This document shows positions 36,208-40,815 of a DNA stretch of 40,815 nt, one piece after another. A model generated the notes under the pieces. The model was not told the origin of the DNA. It did no database searches and worked only from the letters and a program-made list of their open reading frames with translations. The DNA comes from Stramenopiles sp. TOSAG23-2 (taxonomy: Eukaryota): contig LT649305.1 in assembly GCA_900128395.1 (NCBI GenBank), forward strand, positions 1 to 40,815. Direction: 5' to 3'. Position numbers and translations under genes: made by a program. The first letter of the stretch is position 1. Every line of letters starts with the position of its first letter.

Positions 36208-38838
36208 ATGACTTATCATACCAATAATTTAGTGATAGTAAGATTAATCATAATAATAATAATAATAATAATATGCATTATCATCAGTACTACAGCGTCA
36301 CAAAGATTTAAAAGGCAAATTTTATATAATAGTACTACGGATAATATATTTATTGCAAAAGAATTAAGGCGATATATTTATTTAACCGTTGGTGGAGATT
36401 TGAGTGAAATAATAAATATTGCATCAAGCAATTACGATATAAAAGAAATAAGTGAAAATTGTGGAGAAACTCTATTTATAACAATGGCAACATCACCGTT
36501 ATTGGAAAAAGATATGCTTAACAAGAAAGAAGAAAAATCAAATCAACAAGATTATTTTTCAATTCAAACCATAAATAGTCATAATATCATTCTTCTTCTT
36601 GCTGAAAAGGAAGAACAACGAAGACAAGCAGTATATACGTTTATTGAAAAATATTTAGGAGTACGATTTGAATTGCATAATGATGTACTCCCAGATAGAA
36701 CAGATCTTCCTTTATCACTTTATTCCAATAAATCTTTTTTTACTACTACAAATGAAAATATTATTGATAGATATAATCCACCAATGTTTGAATATCGTGG
36801 TTTGCAACCATTTCATGATTTTCCAGAAGGACCAGATTGGTGGGATACAGCCCAATGGAAACATGTTATTACTCAAATATCTAAAATGAAGATGAATTTC
36901 ATTGGATTACATACATATCCATATAGTAATAAATCTATTGGAAATGTAACAGGAACAAATGAGCCAACGACTTGGGTAGGTACATTGGATCAATTGAATC
37001 CAGATGGAACCGTTAAAGAATCATATCCAACATCATATGCCAATACATTAAGAGATGAATGGGGAGATACATCTGTTGAGACATCTTCGTATTTATATGG
37101 TACTTCAGAAATATTTGAATCAGATTGTTGGGCGTCTTATCCAACAAATGAGCAATCATGTCCATATCCAAAAAATATGCTGGAACAGAATAATTTTTTT
37201 GAACGTGTATCAGATATGTTAGAAGAAGCATTTCATTTTGGAACAAAATTGAATGTACAATCATGCCTGGGAACGGAAACACCTTTATCCAAACCTATCT
37301 ATACGGAAAAAAATCAAAATTATACGACTCAAGATTATTATGAAGGAATGTTTACACGTCTTATGAAACGAATACCATCGTTGTCATGGTATTGGATATG
37401 GACACCAGAAGGTTGGGAATGGTCAAAAGTTAACTCAAGCAATCCAGTGTTTACTAATGCAATAGATGATCTTGCTGCTGCTATGGCGGCGAAGAAAAAA
37501 TTAGGTTATAACGTGTCATTTTCAACAAATGGCTGGGTCGTTGGGCCATTGCCTGATAGAACAATATTTGATCAAGTGTTACCAACAGATTGGGATGCAA
37601 TAACATCGATTGATTTAAATACTGGACATAATCCAGTCGATCCTGCATATGAGAAAATTATTAGGCACAATAAGTGGGATATTCCTTGGATGGAAGATGA
37701 TCCAACATTAACACAGTCGCAACTTTGGGTAAATAGAACATTACAGCACATGGATGATGCGAAAAAATACGGTTGCAATGGTTTGCTTGGCATTCATTGG
37801 AGAACGCGAGCAACATCACCACAAATAAGTGCAATGGCACAAAAAAGTTGGAATCCAACATTGAATTCGTTTGAATTTTGGATGGATTGGGTCGAAGCAC
37901 ATTTTTTTGGTTCAACATCATCATATCGTTTGTCACCATTATTAATCAAGACACCCCATCATCATGACAACATCAACAGTGATGTAAAAGATAGTATAGC
38001 TGGTATATTTAAAAGTGTAGATTCATTTAAAATGCCTATTTTAGTTCAATGGGTAAATGGACCAGGACAATTAGTTCCAAGTTGCGAAAATATAACTGAA
38101 TTTGAATTTGTTGATCGATTAAAAAGTTTTAGAAACAAAATAATTGGCCCAGCAAATCTTGATCGATATGATTATTGGTTAAATACATTTCAATATATGA
38201 GAGCGATTGGAAATGTGCAATGTAGTTGGAAACAAATGCTTGATATTCAAACGAAAATTTCAAAAGGCAAAGATGCAAAGACGCAGAAACATTTAGCAGA
38301 GACTATTGGCCTACCAGCACGTATTGCATTGGTAAATAATGTATCAAATATGATATTTTATTTACAAAATACTATAAGTAGTCCAGGAGAACTTGGCACT
38401 TATATGAATATCCAAAGTCATTCATTAAATAAAGTGTTAAACGCTACGGAATTACAAAAATATCTTCAAGCACCACTTCCTACGGAAGCGATACCATCCA
38501 CTACTTTTACTGGATCAGAACCTTTATTAATTGTACCTACAGCTAGATCAACCGCTGAACAAGGGGAAGCGATTTCTTGGAGAGCACTCGTACTTAGTAG
38601 TAGTGAAGAAACATGCAAGGTGAATGTATATATTCGCGATCTTCAGGATTCAAATAATTTCCTTCCATTTCCAATGAAAAATATTGGTAGATCCGTATTT
38701 GAAATTAATACAAAAAATATTGGAAAACATACATTTGATGATGATTTTGCTTATTATATGGAGGCGGAATGTGGTGAAAAGAAGGCATATTTCCCTGCAG
38801 GTGCACCTGCTATATTTCAAACAGTGGTATGGCTTTAA
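36208..38838 (+). CDS. Secreted glycoside-hydrolase-like protein (GH20/67/115-like N-domain plus probable TIM barrel), family unassigned
   Basis: Signal peptide; AVYTFIEKYLGVRF; P.FEYRGLQPFHDFPEGPDWW...KMKMNFIGLHTY; WIWTPEGW; IPWMEDD; GLLGIHWRT. Confidence 0.65.
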   Translation: MTYHTNNLVIVRLIIIIIIIIICIIISTTASQRFKRQILYNSTTDNIFIAKELRRYIYLTVGGDLSEIINIASSNYDIKEISENCGETLFITMATSPLLEKDMLNKKEEKSNQQDYFSIQTINSHNIILLLAEKEEQRRQAVYTFIEKYLGVRFELHNDVLPDRTDLPLSLYSNKSFFTTTNENIIDRYNPPMFEYRGLQPFHDFPEGPDWWDTAQWKHVITQISKMKMNFIGLHTYPYSNKSIGNVTGTNEPTTWVGTLDQLNPDGTVKESYPTSYANTLRDEWGDTSVETSSYLYGTSEIFESDCWASYPTNEQSCPYPKNMLEQNNFFERVSDMLEEAFHFGTKLNVQSCLGTETPLSKPIYTEKNQNYTTQDYYEGMFTRLMKRIPSLSWYWIWTPEGWEWSKVNSSNPVFTNAIDDLAAAMAAKKKLGYNVSFSTNGWVVGPLPDRTIFDQVLPTDWDAITSIDLNTGHNPVDPAYEKIIRHNKWDIPWMEDDPTLTQSQLWVNRTLQHMDDAKKYGCNGLLGIHWRTRATSPQISAMAQKSWNPTLNSFEFWMDWVEAHFFGSTSSYRLSPLLIKTPHHHDNINSDVKDSIAGIFKSVDSFKMPILVQWVNGPGQLVPSCENITEFEFVDRLKSFRNKIIGPANLDRYDYWLNTFQYMRAIGNVQCSWKQMLDIQTKISKGKDAKTQKHLAETIGLPARIALVNNVSNMIFYLQNTISSPGELGTYMNIQSHSLNKVLNATELQKYLQAPLPTEAIPSTTFTGSEPLLIVPTARSTAEQGEAISWRALVLSSSEETCKVNVYIRDLQDSNNFLPFPMKNIGRSVFEINTKNIGKHTFDDDFAYYMEAECGEKKAYFPAGAPAIFQTVVWL

Positions 38839-39134
38839 CATTGAAATGCTCGTATGATAACAAAAGTCGTAATAGTGTGGTGCATATTTATAGAGAGATG
38901 CGTGGTGTGTGAAAATTACGAAAGTGTGTATGTGTGTGTACAGTGTTGTGAAAAGTATGACATGAGAGATACCATGAGTTGTTGTGGAATGTTGTTTGAA
39001 ATGAGTAAAATACACGCGGTCGTAATTAAAAGAGATATGATATGACTGCATATAGTTAAAATATACGACTCGTAAAAAAAATATTTTTATATTGATTATA
39101 TTTATGACCATATTAATAAACACACACGCTCCGT

Positions 39135-40607
39135 TTACTGCGGAGAATTCTCATTACCAATGTTATTATCATTACCCTCAGCATGGTTGTTGTTGTTGTT
39201 ATTATTATTATCATACTGCACGTTGTTACCATCAAATCCAGCACTACTATTTACAGCACCTTGTGGTGGATAATAATATATTTGTTGTTGTTGTTGTTGC
39301 ATAAGGTGTTGGTGGTGGTGAGGAGGAGGACCTTGATGGTAATACATCATTTGTGGTAGTGGTGTATGTTGCTGTTGCTGATAATGATTTGGATGTGAAT
39401 ACATCATATGTTGTGGAGGGGGCATATGCATCATATGATGATGTGGTGGTGGTGGAGGTGCATATTGCATTTGAACATGATGATGATGATGTTGTGGTGG
39501 AGGTGGTTGCAAATTATTATATGGTTGATGTTGTGTTGGCGGAGCAAATTGCATTTGATACAACATTTGATTATATGCATGGATTGCAGCTTGACGTTGT
39601 TGCTGTTGTAATGTTGGCGTTCGTATGAAATCTGGATCATGTATATCATCTTGTATATCTCTGAAATTAACAGTTGTCTTTGTATTGTTTTCAATAGAAG
39701 TGTTATGCTTTTCATCATCATCATCATTTGTCATATTGTTATTATGAATAATTTCATTTTTTTTTCCATCATTATTTGCTACTTCTTTTGAATGTTCATC
39801 ATGTTGTTGTGTCAACATGTTATTTGTTGTTGTTGTTGGACTACTATCCGATTCATCTCCAAAAATCCGTTTTCTAGCCTCTTCATATTGTAACATTTTT
39901 TGCTCCATCTTTAATTCCTCTTCTGTTTTCTTTGCTGTCGATGCTTCAACATTTTCATTCTTTATTAAATCAGATGTATTATCAAGGTTATCATTATTAT
40001 CTTCTTCTTTATTATTATTATTATTATTATTTGCTATATTCATTGTTTCTACTGATGGAATTTCATCTTCTATATTTTCTTTTGTATCCATATTCATCTT
40101 GTTGTTATTAACCGTGAGATTATCATTATTCTCGACATTGCTATTTTTATTATTATCATGCCTTTGACCTTCATCAACGTCATTTTTTTTATTTGTTATT
40201 ATATCTTTTTTTCGCAATACTACTTTTCGTTTTAATATAATTTTTTTCTTTGTTTTCTTTGATTTTTTGCCATATTTATCAATTAATAAAAAATCAGGAT
40301 TTTTTGATATATTATCTTGTTTATATAATACCATTGTTTTATTATTTGTTTTGCCAGCATCATTGGTATCTTCCGAAACGATGTGAGCTAGATTAAATCG
40401 ATCAGCAAGCCGATGCAATATTAAACGATGATGCGATGATAATGGTGGAAAGACCAATTTTTTTCTATTCGTTACTGCCATGAATTTTACAATATTATCT
40501 TCCAGTTTGAATGTTAAATTTCTTTCACGTTTGGTACTATTTTGTATAGCATCGATGATCACTGAATCGACACCATCGATTATTGTCACTGGAGTTAAGG
40601 GTTCCAT
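39135..40607 (-). CDS. R3H and SUZ domain RNA-binding protein (R3HDM/encore-like) with Q/H/P-rich low-complexity tail
   Basis: R3H motif FPPLSSHHRLILHRLADRFNLAH; SUZ elements KIILKR and YEEARKRIFG; prion-like C-terminus. Confidence 0.88.
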   Translation of the reverse strand: MEPLTPVTIIDGVDSVIIDAIQNSTKRERNLTFKLEDNIVKFMAVTNRKKLVFPPLSSHHRLILHRLADRFNLAHIVSEDTNDAGKTNNKTMVLYKQDNISKNPDFLLIDKYGKKSKKTKKKIILKRKVVLRKKDIITNKKNDVDEGQRHDNNKNSNVENNDNLTVNNNKMNMDTKENIEDEIPSVETMNIANNNNNNNKEEDNNDNLDNTSDLIKNENVEASTAKKTEEELKMEQKMLQYEEARKRIFGDESDSSPTTTTNNMLTQQHDEHSKEVANNDGKKNEIIHNNNMTNDDDDEKHNTSIENNTKTTVNFRDIQDDIHDPDFIRTPTLQQQQRQAAIHAYNQMLYQMQFAPPTQHQPYNNLQPPPPQHHHHHVQMQYAPPPPPHHHMMHMPPPQHMMYSHPNHYQQQQHTPLPQMMYYHQGPPPHHHQHLMQQQQQQIYYYPPQGAVNSSAGFDGNNVQYDNNNNNNNNHAEGNDNNIGNENSPQ

Positions 40608-40626
40608 GACGATTGTTTTTGATATA

Positions 40627-40673
40627 TCTATCTATCTATTCTATCTATTCTATCTATCTAATCTATCTATCTA
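40627..40673. repeat. Imperfect (TCTA)n microsatellite
   Basis: Tandem TCTA/TCTAT units directly upstream of the R3H gene start. Confidence 0.8.
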
Positions 40674-40815
40674 TAGACGACTATATATCTATTATTATTT
40701 GTATATTATGTAGACGATTATTATTTTATCTATTATTTTTCTCTCTCTCTCTTTGTCCATTGTCCATTCACCTGTTAATCCATCAGGGGTCGTTTTGAAG
40801 AAGCGTCGAGCAAGC

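Noticed and set aside
36179-36272. (TA)n and (ATA)n runs at the GH-like gene start, and poly-Asn/Gln codon runs elsewhere
   Set aside because: Ordinary microsatellites and low-complexity tracts of an AT-rich genome.

Overview
AT-rich, gene-dense, intron-poor eukaryotic nuclear DNA, most likely from a flagellated stramenopile: it encodes a tubular-mastigoneme (SIG/Ocm-type) protein and a CryptonS-type tyrosine recombinase. Recognisable genes are CLPTM1, an ER FKBP, an ACOT9-like thioesterase, an MFS transporter, an unclassified glycoside-hydrolase-like protein and an R3H-SUZ protein. The window also holds a 5,461-aa single-exon secreted protein whose domains are nested inside one another. The accessory region (~4.0-13.5 kb) contains four notable things. 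(1) An apparently intact ~3.3 kb tyrosine-recombinase element with candidate (C/T)ATGGT terminal cores, mirror arrays of a 13-bp box (TTA(T/C)TATGTCCAG) arranged as 13-4-13 palindromes, and a cluster of GAA-triloop hairpins. (2) A ~340-bp MITE-like element inserted in a GCATGCCCA array. (3) A 1.7-kb element with 15-bp inverted termini enclosing a perfect 261-bp inverted repeat. (4) Two spliced genes missed or split by the ORF track, both using an A-rich AACAAAG acceptor. All family assignments come from motif recognition by eye; no searches were run.
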